From the NCBI GenBank assembly GCA_039822045.1, contig JBCBMY010000021.1, forward strand, positions 35,298-99,297: DNA of 64,000 nucleotides, read 5' to 3'. The position numbers and the translations under genes were made by a program. Shown here one piece after another: positions 8,904 through 19,643 of this stretch (position 1 is its first letter; the number at the start of each line of letters is the position of its first letter). The notes beneath the pieces were generated by a model. It had not been told where the DNA came from and made no database searches. It saw nothing but the letters and a program-made list of their open reading frames with translations. The DNA is from Pseudomonadota bacterium (lineage in GTDB: Bacteria > Pseudomonadota > Alphaproteobacteria > Rhodobacterales > Rhodobacteraceae).

Positions 8904-9950
8904 TCAGCTTTCAAACAGACCGCGCTGGTCATCTTTGGCAGTCGGTATGTCGGGGGCACGAAGGCCAAGATGCGCCCAGCCCTTTGGTGCGAGCATGCGG
9001 CCGCGCGGTGTGCGCTGGATGAGACCCTGTTGGAGCAGGTAGGGCTCGATCACTTCTTCGAGCGCATCGCGGCTTTCGGCAAGTGCTGCGGCCATGGTTT
9101 CGAGACCGACCGGCCCTCCGGCATAGTTCTCGGCGATCAGCCGCAGATAGCGCTGGTCGGCGCCGTCAAGACCCAATGAATCAACGCCAAGGCGAGTCAA
9201 TGCGCTGTCTGCCAAGGCGCGCGTGATGGTGCCGTCGCCCTCGACCACGGCGAAATCGACGACGCGGCGCAGAAGCCGGCCGGCGATCCGCGGGGTTCCG
9301 CGCGCGCGCGCGGCGATCTCGCGCGTGCCGTCGGGCTCGGCGGGGACGCCGAGCCGCTCGGCGCCCCGCGCTGTGATCCTCTGGAGCTCGTCGATCGTGT
9401 AGAACTGCAGCCGCACGGGGATCCCGAACCGGTCGCGGAGCGGGGTCGTCAGCAAGCCGAGCCGCGTGGTTGCGCCGACCAACGTGAAGGGCTGCAGATC
9501 GATCCGTACGGTCCGTGCGGCGGGACCTTCGCCGATGACGAGATCGAGCGCGAAATCCTCAAGCGCCGGGTAGAGAACTTCCTCAACCACCGGGGACAGG
9601 CGGTGGATCTCATCGATGAACAATACGTCGCGTGGATCGAGATTGGTGAGGATTGCGGCAAGATCGCCTGGGCGGGCGAGCACCGGCCCAGACGTCATTC
9701 GGAAGCCGACACCAAGCTCGCGCGCCATGATCTGCGCCAGCGTGGTCTTTCCGAGGCCCGGGGGCCCGTGGAACAGCGTGTGGTCCATCGCTTCGCCGCG
9801 GCGCCGGGCGCTCTCCAGAAAGATAGAAAGATTGGCGCGCACCTCCTCCTGGCCAACGAAGTCGGACAGCCGCTCGGGGCGCAGGGCGCGGTCGGTGGCC
9901 TCTTCGCCCTCGAGAGCGACGCCGCGCAGGGTGGGGTCGGGTTCGCTCAT
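8904..9950 (-). CDS. ruvB: Holliday junction branch migration helicase RuvB
   Basis: Walker [10 protein letters not shown], the DEIHRL motif and a full-length 348-aa match to RuvB. Confidence 0.95.
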   Translation of the reverse strand: MSEPDPTLRGVALEGEEATDRALRPERLSDFVGQEEVRANLSIFLESARRRGEAMDHTLFHGPPGLGKTTLAQIMARELGVGFRMTSGPVLARPGDLAAILTNLDPRDVLFIDEIHRLSPVVEEVLYPALEDFALDLVIGEGPAARTVRIDLQPFTLVGATTRLGLLTTPLRDRFGIPVRLQFYTIDELQRITARGAERLGVPAEPDGTREIAARARGTPRIAGRLLRRVVDFAVVEGDGTITRALADSALTRLGVDSLGLDGADQRYLRLIAENYAGGPVGLETMAAALAESRDALEEVIEPYLLQQGLIQRTPRGRMLAPKGWAHLGLRAPDIPTAKDDQRGLFES

Positions 9951-9954
9951 CGGC

Positions 9955-10653
9955 CTAGCCCTTTGGTGCGAGGCGCTTCAGCGCGGCTCGGATCAGCGCC
10001 GCGGCGCCCTCGATGCCCTCGCCAGCAGCTTCCGCGACGGCTGATGCGGCTTCCGACTGGCCATAGCCGAGGTTGATCAGGGCCGAGAGGGCGTCGGCCT
10101 GGGCTGCGGCGGGCGCAGGGGCGGACTGCGCGGGCGTGGCGGAAGAGAGCTCCGGCTTCGCCGCGGTGAAGCTGTCCGGGCTGGCCTCGGGAAGATCCCC
10201 CGCCGGTGCGACAGCTGCCGCGGGGCCGGGACCCGCGCCCATAGCCATCACGCCTGCGGCCTTGTCCTTGAGTTCGTTGACAACCCGTTGCGCGAGCTTG
10301 GGCCCGACGCCGGGTGCGGCGCGCACCGCCGCCCAATCGCCCAGCGCGATCGCCCGGCCGACACCCTCAGGGCCCAAGGCGCCCAAGATCGCAAGGCTCG
10401 CCTTGGCGCCGATCCCCTGAACCGATGTGAGAAGGCGATGCCATTCTTTCTCTTGCAGTGTCGTGAAGCCGAAGAGCTGCAACAGGTCTTCCCGCACCAG
10501 CAGATCGGTATAGAGCGCGGCATGCTGCCCCTGCCCTGGCATCGCTGCGCGGGTGCGCTCGGAAACATGGACGAGGTAGCCGACACCGCCGACGTCGAGC
10601 AGAATGTGGTCGGGCCCCAGCCAGTCGATCCGGCCAGCCAAACGCCCGATCAC
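9955..10653 (-). CDS. ruvA: Holliday junction DNA helicase RuvA
   Basis: MIGRLAGRI..., the HhH motifs and the flexible Ala/Pro-rich linker. Directly upstream of ruvB. Confidence 0.9.
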   Translation of the reverse strand: MIGRLAGRIDWLGPDHILLDVGGVGYLVHVSERTRAAMPGQGQHAALYTDLLVREDLLQLFGFTTLQEKEWHRLLTSVQGIGAKASLAILGALGPEGVGRAIALGDWAAVRAAPGVGPKLAQRVVNELKDKAAGVMAMGAGPGPAAAVAPAGDLPEASPDSFTAAKPELSSATPAQSAPAPAAAQADALSALINLGYGQSEAASAVAEAAGEGIEGAAALIRAALKRLAPKG

Positions 10654-11159
10654 CGCGCACCCGCCCGGGCCAGCGCCGCGTCAAGGCGTCCTGCCGATTG
10701 CAAATTGTGGGCATGGCAGACCGCGACGGCCAGCGCATCGGCCGCATCCGGGCCAGCGACCGCGACCCCTGGAAAGTGCAGGCCGATCATGTGGGCGATC
10801 TGGCGTTTGTCGGCATGGCCGACGCCCACCACCGCCTTCTTGACAGCGTTGGGCGCGTACTCTCCCACCTCCAGCCCGGCCTGTGCCGGGGCGAGCAGCG
10901 CTATCCCCCGCGCCTGTCCGAGCTTTAGGGTGCCCGCCGCGTCGCGATTGACGAATGTCTGCTCCACGGCGGCGGCGCTTGGGCTGTGCGCGGCGAGAAC
11001 GGCCGAGAGCTGTGTAAAGAGCGTCAGGAGACGTGTCGGAAGTGGGCCATCGCCGCTTTTGCACTGCCCATTCGCGACATGGCTGAGTCGCGTGCCCGAG
11101 ACCTCGATCACCCCCCAGCCGAGGCTGCGAAGCCCCGGATCGATCCCGATGACGCGCAT
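10650..11159 (-). CDS. ruvC: crossover junction endodeoxyribonuclease RuvC
   Basis: [17 protein letters not shown]... matches the RuvC catalytic N-terminus. The start is the ATG at 11159. The stop overlaps the ruvA start. Confidence 0.9.
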   Translation of the reverse strand: MRVIGIDPGLRSLGWGVIEVSGTRLSHVANGQCKSGDGPLPTRLLTLFTQLSAVLAAHSPSAAAVEQTFVNRDAAGTLKLGQARGIALLAPAQAGLEVGEYAPNAVKKAVVGVGHADKRQIAHMIGLHFPGVAVAGPDAADALAVAVCHAHNLQSAGRLDAALARAGAR

Positions 11160-11538
11160 GTGAGCGCCCCTCTGCTGCTCGAAAGTCACGATTTTCGTGA
11201 CACTTTGTTTCGACCTAGCACGAAACGCGAACATCGGCCAAGGGCCCAACGCCGTAGCGGCACGATCGGAGAGGTGCGGCGCGGCCCGTTTGCGACATTC
11301 CAAATGCTGGTTGCGCCGCTCCTGCTCTGAAAACGACGCGGAATGCCGTCGCTTTTAGACGTTTGGAATTATTGGTGAAATTTTGACTAACAGCTATGCC
11401 GCCGGTGCATGGGTCGGATGCAAAAATCGCCTATTGCATGGGCAATCGGGCGCCCCTAGGTGGGTCTGGCGAGCAATGCTCGACACCGGAAACATCCACA
11501 CAAATCCCCGATGGGGGACCGACCTACGGAGACGCCAG

Positions 11539-11745
11539 ATGGCCTTTTTCGACACTTCCCGCCCTGCAAATGCCGGCCAGCTGCGCCGTGCTGTCGCCAC
11601 CCTCTTCACCGACTTCGCCGCGTGGCGCGATGCCCGTGCAACGCGCACTGCGCTGAACAAGCTCACCGACCGTGAGCTGAGCGATATCGGTCTCCAGCGC
11701 TCGGACTTCGACGAGATGGCCGACCGCGGCGTGTCGCGCTTCTGA
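11539..11745 (+). CDS. DUF1127 domain small protein (68 aa)
   Basis: The C-terminal motif LNKLTDRELSDIGLQRSDFDEMADRG is typical of DUF1127. The start is the ATG after the RBS GGAGA. The track ORF begins 156 nt earlier. Confidence 0.65.
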   Translation: MAFFDTSRPANAGQLRRAVATLFTDFAAWRDARATRTALNKLTDRELSDIGLQRSDFDEMADRGVSRF

Positions 11746-11786
11746 GACTAGGCAACACGGGCCAGAAGGCCCGGTGAGCCCCGGTT

Positions 11787-11816
11787 TAACGCCCCCGCCG
11801 CAAGGACGGGGGCGTT
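11787..11816. terminator. bidirectional rho-independent terminator
   Basis: AACGCCCCCG-ccgcaagga-CGGGGGCGTT, a perfect 10-bp stem followed by TTCGATTCT. It lies between the convergent DUF1127 gene and the DUF2235 gene. Confidence 0.5.
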
Positions 11817-11850
11817 TCGATTCTAGAGCAGTTGAAGACGGCTGGTCGGG

Positions 11851-13068
11851 CTAGGCCGCGTGTTGGAAGCCGCGGACACCGTCATTTTCCTTGGGCAGGA
11901 TGCGCAGTGTTATGAGCGCGAGCTTGGTCGAGTCGTATCCATGGTTTTCCAGCCACCGCCAGCTCGCCCCCGAGACACGACGGGCATGCCGGTTCATTCC
12001 GTATGAGCCAACTGCTTTGTGGATCTCGTTGGCGAAGCTCGGGCTGATCTCCTCAACGATCTTCTCATGATGGTTGTTGACGAAGAAAGGGTGCTCGAGG
12101 TCGCTGGCTATCGGCAGCTTGTCGATCGCCTTGCTCCGGTTGTCGGTCATGAGGATCTTGTTCGACTGCGTAAGGAGTTGCGTCTGGTGCACCTGCTTTT
12201 TGAGGATCTGGCCGAGCAGGATCTGGGCATATTTCTCGGCAATCTCCGTTTTGCTCATAGTAGAGGTATCGGTGAACCGGCTTCCGTGGCGCATCAGGAA
12301 CTCCTTGGCGATCGAATACCCGATCTGGCCGATTGGCATGTCGTTGTAGCGCGTCGCGTCCTCGTGCTCACCCGGCATTACGTAGACCTCGTAGTCGTCG
12401 CACGTCGTCCCACGCTTTGGCATACTTGACCCGAAATACTTGTCCTTCTGGAACTTGTTGATCATGCGCGTCGCAACGATGCCCCTGAAGTGCTGAACCG
12501 TAGGCGGAAGGGACTTGCGGGTCGTGTGGTAATAGGTGCCGTCGTATTTGATCTTGCTTTTGAAATCGTTCATCTTTCCGAAAAGACCGCCGGCCACAGG
12601 ATCGAACAGGAACATGTTGATCTGGGGCATAAGCAGGGTGGGGTGCTTTTCGCAGTAGCGCGTGATCAGCCAAGCCAGATAGGTGCAGCACACCGCGCCG
12701 CGGCTAAAGCCGCACAGGTTGACGGCTTTTACCGGCTCGGCAGAGTTCATCTGCTCGACCACATAGTCCATGCCCTTCTTGATCCGCGACATGACGCCCC
12801 GACCGTGCCCGGCGCTCGCGTCCTTCTGGAAGTCTGTGGGCACGTCGGGCAGCTCGATCTTGTGGCCGTCCTGCAGCTTGAAGCCTGCGCCCTCCCGCTC
12901 GTAGCGGACAGTCTTGTTTTTGTTGCCACCTACGCCGTTCAGGCCAAAGTGGCGCCCGACGGCCAGCTCATTCAAATGCGGCACGGCATAGATTGCGCCG
13001 TGGCCCTCGCTCAGACTGTTGCCGCTGCCGGCGAAGAAGAGCGTGATGGTGTTTCTCGGATGTGCCAT
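11851..13068 (-). CDS. DUF2235 (Tle1-like) alpha/beta hydrolase, putative phospholipase (405 aa)
   Basis: The nucleotide-free N-terminal block TITLFFAGSGNS (FFDGTGN-like) and the catalytic GxSxG motif CGFSRGA are present. The protein is Lys-rich and the gene is ~50-55% GC against ~65% in flanks. The start is the ATG at 13068 (MAHPRNTI). Confidence 0.7.
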   Translation of the reverse strand: MAHPRNTITLFFAGSGNSLSEGHGAIYAVPHLNELAVGRHFGLNGVGGNKNKTVRYEREGAGFKLQDGHKIELPDVPTDFQKDASAGHGRGVMSRIKKGMDYVVEQMNSAEPVKAVNLCGFSRGAVCCTYLAWLITRYCEKHPTLLMPQINMFLFDPVAGGLFGKMNDFKSKIKYDGTYYHTTRKSLPPTVQHFRGIVATRMINKFQKDKYFGSSMPKRGTTCDDYEVYVMPGEHEDATRYNDMPIGQIGYSIAKEFLMRHGSRFTDTSTMSKTEIAEKYAQILLGQILKKQVHQTQLLTQSNKILMTDNRSKAIDKLPIASDLEHPFFVNNHHEKIVEEISPSFANEIHKAVGSYGMNRHARRVSGASWRWLENHGYDSTKLALITLRILPKENDGVRGFQHAA

Positions 13069-13302
13069 TGTCCATGTCCCTTTTCTGTCACCCTGGCGCG
13101 GCATGCAGCCGGCTCTGTGTTGGCATCGCGCAAGGGGCAGGAACGGTTCAGAAAAAGTGGGGATCTGGATTTGGGGACGCCGCAATGTGGGGGCCGAGCG
13201 CTGGCCGAAGCCGCGAGAGCGTGATTGATCCTATGGCATTCCGCCCTCTGGCCCTGCCTGACCTGGCGCGCTAGCACTGTGCAAAGCACAGCGGAGGCCC
13301 CG

Positions 13303-14673
13303 ATGCTCACCAACGATCAGCTCGCCCAGTGGGACCGCGAGCATTTCTTCCATCCATCGACCCATCTGGCGCAGCACGCCCGCGGCGACACGCCCTCGCG
13401 GATCATCACGTGCGCCGAGGGCGCACACATCGTGGATCGGGATGGCATGCGGTTTCTCGACGCTTTCGCCGGGCTCTACTGCGTCAATATCGGGTACGGG
13501 CGCCAGGAGGTGGCCGACGCCATCGCAGAGCAGGCGCGCGAGTTGGCCTATTACCACGCCTATGTCGGACATGGCACCGAAGTATCGATCAAGCTGGCGC
13601 AGATGGTGATGGAACGCGCGCCGGACCACATGTCGAAGGTCTATTTCGGGCTGGGTGGATCGGACGCGAATGAGACCAACGTCAAGTTTGTCTGGTACTA
13701 CAACAACATCCTCGGCAGGCCGGAAAAGAAGAAGATCATCGCGCGCTGGCGCGGATATCACGGATCGGGGCTGATGTCGGGCTCGCTGACGGGCCTGTCG
13801 ATGTGGCATGCCAAGTTCGACCTGCCGCACGCCGCAGTCCGCCACACGACGGCGCCCTATTTCTATCGGCGGGACGACCTGTCGATGGACGAGGCCGCCT
13901 TTACGGCCCACTGCGCCGCTGAGCTCGAGGCGCTGATCGAGGCCGAAGGGGCCGACACGATCGCCGCCTTCATTGCCGAGCCGATCCTAGGCACCGGGGG
14001 CATCGTTCCTCCGCCAGCAGGCTATTGGGAGGCAATTCAGCCGATCCTGGCCAAGCATGACATCCTGCTCATTGCCGACGAGGTAGTGACGGGCTTCGGC
14101 CGCATGGGCCGGATGTGGGGCTCGGAATATTACGGTCTGACGCCGGACATCATGACGATCGCCAAGGGGCTGACGTCAGCCTATGCGCCCCTTTCGGGGT
14201 CGATCGTTTCGGACAAGGTGTGGCAGGTGCTGGCGCGCGGCACCGATGAAAACGGCCCCTTCGGCCATGGCTGGACCTATTCGGCACATCCGCTCTGCGC
14301 CGCCGCTGGCGTCGCCAATCTTCAACTGCTCGACAGTTTGGGGCTGGTGGCCAATGCCGACGCGGTTGGCCCCTACCTGACCCAGACACTGAAGGAGGCC
14401 GTGGCCGACCATCCCAATGTGGGCGAGGTGAGGGGCGCGGGCATGTTGAGCTCCGTTGAACTGGTGAAGGACCGGGACAGACGCACCTTCTTCGATCCGT
14501 CCGAGAAGATTGGCCCCCGCGTGATCGCGGCCATGCAGTCGAAGGGCGTTGTTGCGCGTGCGATGCCGCAAGGCGACATCCTGGGCTATGCGCCCCCGCT
14601 CTGCCTGACACGTGCCGAGGCCGATACGATCGTGTCGGCGACGAAAGCCGCGATCGAACAGGTGTGCGGCTGA
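13303..14673 (+). CDS. class III (omega) aminotransferase, PLP-dependent
   Basis: [18 protein letters not shown]..., with the PLP-lysine region [13 protein letters not shown], is typical of the aspartate-aminotransferase-fold class III family (beta-alanine/putrescine-pyruvate transaminase-like). The RBS is GCGGAGG. Confidence 0.85.
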   Translation: MLTNDQLAQWDREHFFHPSTHLAQHARGDTPSRIITCAEGAHIVDRDGMRFLDAFAGLYCVNIGYGRQEVADAIAEQARELAYYHAYVGHGTEVSIKLAQMVMERAPDHMSKVYFGLGGSDANETNVKFVWYYNNILGRPEKKKIIARWRGYHGSGLMSGSLTGLSMWHAKFDLPHAAVRHTTAPYFYRRDDLSMDEAAFTAHCAAELEALIEAEGADTIAAFIAEPILGTGGIVPPPAGYWEAIQPILAKHDILLIADEVVTGFGRMGRMWGSEYYGLTPDIMTIAKGLTSAYAPLSGSIVSDKVWQVLARGTDENGPFGHGWTYSAHPLCAAAGVANLQLLDSLGLVANADAVGPYLTQTLKEAVADHPNVGEVRGAGMLSSVELVKDRDRRTFFDPSEKIGPRVIAAMQSKGVVARAMPQGDILGYAPPLCLTRAEADTIVSATKAAIEQVCG

Positions 14674-14684
14674 GGGGCGGCGCG

Positions 14685-15197
14685 ATGCGGTTTGCCTATA
14701 CCCATGCGCCGGGCAAGGGCGAGACGGACGCGCTTTTGGCGGCTCTAGCGGAGCGACTGGCGGACGACGGCCTTCGCCCGCTTGGCGCCGTTCAGACCAA
14801 TACCGACCGGACCGACGGGCGCCCATGCGACATGGATCTCAAGATCCTGCCCGAAGGTCCTGTGATCCGGATCTCGCTTCTTCGGCCTGTGGGCTCGGTC
14901 GGGTGCCGGCTCGACGCCGATCAACTGGAACGCTCAACCGTCTTGGCCGCCGGTGCAATGGAGGCAGGGGGTGACGTGTTCTTGCTCAACAAGTTTGGCG
15001 AACGCGAGGCGAGCGGCGGCGGCTTCCGCGAGGTTCTGGCCGAAGCGGTGGCGCGGGAGATCCCTGTGCTCGTGGGCGTCAATCCCAGCGGGCGCGACGG
15101 GTTCGCTGCGTTTGCCGGCGGTCTGGCCGAAGAGTTGGAGCCTAACCTCGATGCGCTGGCCGCCTGGGTGACTGAGGCACGCGCGGAGGCAAGCTGA
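14685..15197 (+). CDS. DUF2478-like protein (NTPase-like, often mis-annotated as molybdenum-transport ATP-binding)
   Basis: MRFAYTHAPGKGETDALL...VFLLNKFGEREASGGG is recalled as DUF2478. Recognised from memory only. Confidence 0.45.
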   Translation: MRFAYTHAPGKGETDALLAALAERLADDGLRPLGAVQTNTDRTDGRPCDMDLKILPEGPVIRISLLRPVGSVGCRLDADQLERSTVLAAGAMEAGGDVFLLNKFGEREASGGGFREVLAEAVAREIPVLVGVNPSGRDGFAAFAGGLAEELEPNLDALAAWVTEARAEAS

Positions 15198-15339
15198 ACT
15201 TCAGGCCGTCGAAGGGCGTCGTGGTGGAGACCTCAGGTGTTAAGTCGCCGCTCAAGGCAGAGCACAAGCGGGCCATCCATTGGTAAGCAGCGCACTCTCT
15301 CGTGCCGGAGCCGGAGCGGCCGCCACTGGGCGAGACGGA

Positions 15340-16635
15340 TCAGCAGTCGAGGGTCGTGCGCCGCTCCCACTCGGTGAGGTGGCGCATATAGTCGGTCCAT
15401 TCCTCGTGCTTGAACTTGATAAAGGAAGCTGCGGCGTCTGCGCCCATGCCGTTGCAGAGTTCGGTGTCGGCTTCGAGCGCGCGGACCGCGTCGAGCAGGT
15501 TGAGCGGAAGGCGCGCCGCTTCGACCTTGTGGCCCTCGGTGTACATGTCGATATCGAGCCGCTCGCCGGGATCGGTGTTTTTTGCAACGCCATCGAGACC
15601 GGCCGCCAACAGCGCGGCTGGCATGAGATAGGGATTGGCCGCTCCGTCGGGCAAGCGCAGTTCGATCCGCCCGGGCCCCGGCACGCGCACCATGTGGGTG
15701 CGGTTGTTGCCCGCCCAGGTCACCGTATTGGGGGACCATGTCGCCCCGGATGACGTAACAGGCGCGTTGAGCCGCTTGTAGGAGTTCACGGCGGGGTTCA
15801 GGACCGCAGTGAGGCCCTGCGCATGGGCCATCAGGCCGCCGAGGAAGGCGCGCGCGGTATCCGACATGCCGAGCGCATCGTCGCCTTCGAAGAGATTTTC
15901 GCCGGCGCTGTTCCAGAGTGAAACGTGAGCGTGGCAGCCATTCCCCGTCAGTTGCGCAAAGGGCTTGGGCATGAAGGTGGCGCGCAGGCCATGCCGCTCG
16001 GCGACGGAGCGGACCATGAACTTGAAAAACGCGTGCCGGTCTGCGGTGACGAGCGCGTCGGCGAAGTCCCAGTTCATCTCGAACTGCCCGTTCGCATCTT
16101 CATGGTCGTTCTGGTAGGGGCCCCAGCCGAGGTCGAGCATGTGGGTGCAGATCTCGGCGATCACGTCGTAGCGCCGCATCAGCGCATCCTGATCATAGCA
16201 GGGCTTGGACTGGATATCGGACGGGTCCGAGATCGCGTCGCCCTGGGGCGTCACCAGGAAGAACTCGCACTCGACCCCGTGTTTGAGGTGCATATCGGCC
16301 TCGACCGCCTTCGCGACAGCGGCCTTGAGGGCGACGCGTGGGGCGCGCGCGAACGGCACGCCGTTATAGTGGACATCGGCGGCGAGCCAGCCGACCTCGG
16401 GCTTCCAGGGGAGTTGGATCAGGCTGTCGGGGTCTGGAATTGCCAGGATATCGGCATCGGCTGGCGACATGTCCAGCCAGGCCGCAAACCCCGCAAAGCC
16501 CGCGCCGTCGACCGCCATCTCGGCGATGGCAGCGGCCGGCACAAGCTTGGCGCGCTGAACGCCCAACAGGTCGGTGAAGGAGATCAGGAAGAACCGGATC
16601 CCCTTTTCCTGTGCGGCCTTGCTCAAATCAGTCAT
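15340..16635 (-). CDS. gmaS: gamma-glutamylmethylamide synthetase (glutamine synthetase type III family)
   Basis: A glutamine-synthetase catalytic domain (NGCHAHVSLW, SYKRL). It is the last gene of an mgsABC-like cluster. The start is the ATG at 16635 after GAGGGGG. Confidence 0.7.
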   Translation of the reverse strand: MTDLSKAAQEKGIRFFLISFTDLLGVQRAKLVPAAAIAEMAVDGAGFAGFAAWLDMSPADADILAIPDPDSLIQLPWKPEVGWLAADVHYNGVPFARAPRVALKAAVAKAVEADMHLKHGVECEFFLVTPQGDAISDPSDIQSKPCYDQDALMRRYDVIAEICTHMLDLGWGPYQNDHEDANGQFEMNWDFADALVTADRHAFFKFMVRSVAERHGLRATFMPKPFAQLTGNGCHAHVSLWNSAGENLFEGDDALGMSDTARAFLGGLMAHAQGLTAVLNPAVNSYKRLNAPVTSSGATWSPNTVTWAGNNRTHMVRVPGPGRIELRLPDGAANPYLMPAALLAAGLDGVAKNTDPGERLDIDMYTEGHKVEAARLPLNLLDAVRALEADTELCNGMGADAAASFIKFKHEEWTDYMRHLTEWERRTTLDC

Positions 16636-16645
16636 TCTTGCCCCC

Positions 16646-17998
16646 TCAGGTTGACCGGCCCGGAACCCAATCCGTTCCGGCCAATGGTACGCCCGCCATC
16701 GCAGCGCTCTCGACCGTGAGCGCAACCAGATCCTCGGGCTCGAGATTGAGCACGTGGCTCTTGCCGCAGGCGCGGGCGATGGTTTGCACCTCCAGCGTCA
16801 TCACGTTGAGGTAGTTGGCCAATCGCCGCCCGGCCGCGACCGGGTCGAGCCGAGCCGCAAGAGTTGGATCCTGGGTGGTGATCCCCGCCGGATCTTGCCC
16901 CTCGTGCCAGTCGTCGTAGGCGCCGGCCGTCGTGCCAAGGGCCTGGTATTCGACCTCGAGCGCCGGGTCATTGTCGCCCAGCGCCACGAGTGCAGCCGTT
17001 CCGATCGACGTCGCGTCGGCCCCGAGCGCCAGGGCCTTGGCGACATCGGCCCCGCTTCGGATGCCACCGGAGACGATGAGTTGCACGGTGCGGTGCATGT
17101 TCAGATCCTTGAGCGCCTGCACCGCCGGCCGGATCGCGGCAAGGATCGGAATGCCGACATGCTCGATGAAGACATTCTGCGTCGCGGCTGTGCCGCCCTG
17201 CATTCCGTCGAGCACAACGGCATCTGCGCCTGACTTCACCGCAAGCGCCGTGTCGTAGTAGGGCCGTGAGGCGCCGACCTTCACGTAGATGGGCACTTGC
17301 CAGCGCGTGATCTCGCGCAATTCCTGGATCTTGATTTCCAGATCGTCGGGGCCCGTCCAGTCGGGATGCCGGCAGGCCGAGCGCTGGTCGATACCCTCAG
17401 GCAAGGTGCGCATCTCGGCCACGCGTGGCCCGATTTTCTGGCCGAGCAGCATCCCTCCTCCGCCCGGTTTGGCGCCCTGCCCCACGACCACTTCGATGGC
17501 ATCGGCCTTGCGCAGATCGTCGGGGTTCATGCCATAGCGCGAGGGGAGCAGTTGGTAGACCAGCAGTTTGGATTGGCCGCGCTCCTCGGGCGTCATGCCT
17601 CCGTCGCCAGTGGTGGTCGACGTTCCGGCCGCGTTCGCCCCGCGCCCGAGCGCCTCCTTCGCTTGGGCCGAAAGCGACCCGAAGGACATGCCGGCGATCG
17701 TGATTGGCGTACGCAGAACCACGGGCTTCGCCGCGTGTCGCGCGCCGACGACCACCTCGGTGTCACAGCGCTCGCGGTAGCCCTCAAGCGGATAGCGCGA
17801 GATCGAGGCCCCAAGAAACAGGAGATCGTCGAAATGGGGCACGCGGCGTTTGGCGCCGCCGCCGCGAATGTCGTAGATCCCCGTTGCCGCGGCCCGGCGG
17901 ATCTCGGACAGGGTATGGTCGTCGAACGTGGCCGACTTCACGGGCGTCGTGCGCGGGGCGCCGGAGCTGTCGCTGCGCTCGGTTGACTGATCGTTCAT
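16646..17998 (-). CDS. mgsC: N-methylglutamate synthase subunit C (FMN-binding glutamate-synthase domain)
   Basis: The GltS FMN-domain motifs VVGQGAKPGGGG and SGGIRSGADVAKALALGAD are present. The RBS is GGAGAG. Confidence 0.75.
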   Translation of the reverse strand: MNDQSTERSDSSGAPRTTPVKSATFDDHTLSEIRRAAATGIYDIRGGGAKRRVPHFDDLLFLGASISRYPLEGYRERCDTEVVVGARHAAKPVVLRTPITIAGMSFGSLSAQAKEALGRGANAAGTSTTTGDGGMTPEERGQSKLLVYQLLPSRYGMNPDDLRKADAIEVVVGQGAKPGGGGMLLGQKIGPRVAEMRTLPEGIDQRSACRHPDWTGPDDLEIKIQELREITRWQVPIYVKVGASRPYYDTALAVKSGADAVVLDGMQGGTAATQNVFIEHVGIPILAAIRPAVQALKDLNMHRTVQLIVSGGIRSGADVAKALALGADATSIGTAALVALGDNDPALEVEYQALGTTAGAYDDWHEGQDPAGITTQDPTLAARLDPVAAGRRLANYLNVMTLEVQTIARACGKSHVLNLEPEDLVALTVESAAMAGVPLAGTDWVPGRST

Positions 17999-18022
17999 GT
18001 CACTCTCCGGTCGCGCATCGCC

Positions 18023-18724
18023 TCAATAGGCGCCCGCATTGTCGATCTTGAAGTGATAGAGCGCGCGGGCCGATCCGTAGCGGGTGAACTCTTCCGGCGC
18101 GGCCTCCATGCCGGCGCGGGCCAGAATGTCGCGCAGGGTGTCGAGATGTTCCGCACGCATGGGTTTTTCGACGCAATCCGTGCCGAGGCGAGCCACCTTG
18201 CCGCGCACAAATAGGCGGGCCTCGTAGATCGAGTCGCCCAGATCCTCGCCCGCATCGCCCAACACAACGAGGTTGCCGGCCTGGGCCATGAAGGCCGACA
18301 TATGGCCGACATTTCCGCCGACGACGATATCGACGCCCTTCATCGAGATGCCACAGCGCGCGCTCGCGTTGCCTTCGATGACCACAAGGCCGCCGTGGCC
18401 GGTGGCCGCGGCCGATTGGCTTGCATCGCCTGTGACGCGCACGACGCCCGACATGATGTTTTCTGCAAGACCGGTGCCGGCATTGCCGCGAACCGTGACC
18501 TCGGCATGCTGGTTCATCCCCGCGCAATAGTAGCCGACATGGCCCTCGATGCTGACTGAGACCGGCGCGTCGAGGCCGCAGGCCAGCGCGTGCCGTCCGC
18601 CAGGATTGAGCATGGCAAACGCCCCGTCTTGGGCCGTTTGGAGGGCGGTGTTGGCGTCTTTCACCGGCGTGTTCTGCAGATCGAGCACCGTGACGTTTCG
18701 CGCGAGATTCGGGGCGTCGCTCAT
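18023..18724 (-). CDS. mgsB: N-methylglutamate synthase subunit B (GXGXG domain)
   Basis: The repeated GxGxG beta-helix motifs of the glutamate-synthase C-terminal-domain family are present. The start was set to MSDAPNL at 18724. The longer track ORF overlaps mgsA out of frame. Confidence 0.75.
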   Translation of the reverse strand: MSDAPNLARNVTVLDLQNTPVKDANTALQTAQDGAFAMLNPGGRHALACGLDAPVSVSIEGHVGYYCAGMNQHAEVTVRGNAGTGLAENIMSGVVRVTGDASQSAAATGHGGLVVIEGNASARCGISMKGVDIVVGGNVGHMSAFMAQAGNLVVLGDAGEDLGDSIYEARLFVRGKVARLGTDCVEKPMRAEHLDTLRDILARAGMEAAPEEFTRYGSARALYHFKIDNAGAY

Positions 18725-18734
18725 GCCGCGACCT

Positions 18735-19643
18735 TCATGCCGCCACCTGCATACCGTCAGGGCCCCAGGTGTAGATCGTGCTGGGCTCGGGCTCCCAAAT
18801 CCGGGCGCGTTCGACACCCGGCAACTGCGCGATGGCTCGGAATTCACTGGCCATTGCGACCCATTGGTCGGTCTCGGCAAGCACGGCGGGTTTGCAGGCG
18901 ATCGGGTCGCGCAGGACGGCGAACCCGTCGCGGGTGCCGATGGTGAGCGTATAAAAGCCATCGAGCCGCGACAGAGCCGCCTCGAGTGCCTGAGGAAGTG
19001 TATCGCCCTCCCGCATACGCCATGCCAGGAAGGCCGCCGCGACCTCGCTATCGTTCTCGGTTTGAAGGGTCTCGCCGCGTGATTCGAGGACCTCGCGCAG
19101 CAGGTGATGGTTCGAGAGCGAGCCGTTGTGCACCAAGCAGGTGTCGGCGCCGGTGGAGAACGGATGCGACCCGGCAATTGTAACGGCGCTTTCGGTCGCC
19201 ATTCGGGTGTGGGCGAGCCCATGGGTGCCGCTGCGGCCGGCAAGCCCGAAGGTGCGGGCCACCGCCATCGGGTCGCCGATCCCCTTGAACAATTCGATGG
19301 CTTCGCCGGCGGCGAGGACGCTGAGGTCCGGGAAGGCCTCGATCAAATGACGTCGCGCCTCGTGGAGGTCGGCCGCGGTGCGCAAGAGGCCATGATCGGC
19401 GATGCGCTCGATATCGCAGGGCGATCCGGTTGCCTGCGCGAGCGATGCAGCGGCGGCCTCCCAATCGAACCCCTTTGGTGCAAGGCACGACAGAGTAGGG
19501 CGGGCCGGGCCGTCACGGTAGATCGCAAAGCCGGCGCTGTCGGGCCCGCGTTCGCACATCTCGGCAAGCATCGGCAGCATGAGTGACCCAAGGCGCGGGT
19601 AGAGGCCCGGGTCTTTCAGAAACAGACCGACGATCCCGCACAT
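18735..19643 (-). CDS. mgsA: N-methylglutamate synthase subunit A (class II glutamine amidotransferase)
   Basis: Begins MCGIVGLF with an N-terminal nucleophile Cys2, the hallmark of class-II amidotransferases. Confidence 0.75.
   Translation of the reverse strand: MCGIVGLFLKDPGLYPRLGSLMLPMLAEMCERGPDSAGFAIYRDGPARPTLSCLAPKGFDWEAAAASLAQATGSPCDIERIADHGLLRTAADLHEARRHLIEAFPDLSVLAAGEAIELFKGIGDPMAVARTFGLAGRSGTHGLAHTRMATESAVTIAGSHPFSTGADTCLVHNGSLSNHHLLREVLESRGETLQTENDSEVAAAFLAWRMREGDTLPQALEAALSRLDGFYTLTIGTRDGFAVLRDPIACKPAVLAETDQWVAMASEFRAIAQLPGVERARIWEPEPSTIYTWGPDGMQVAA

Noticed and set aside
8732-8968. A 78-aa minus ORF in the ruvB-downstream spacer, tested as a possible ybgC thioesterase.
   Set aside because: It overlaps the ruvB 3' end out of frame, has no hotdog-fold motifs and no RBS.
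13231-13911. A 226-aa minus-strand ORF inside the class-III aminotransferase gene.
   Set aside because: It is an antisense shadow. The plus-strand product has the PLP-lysine motif and a full family-length match.
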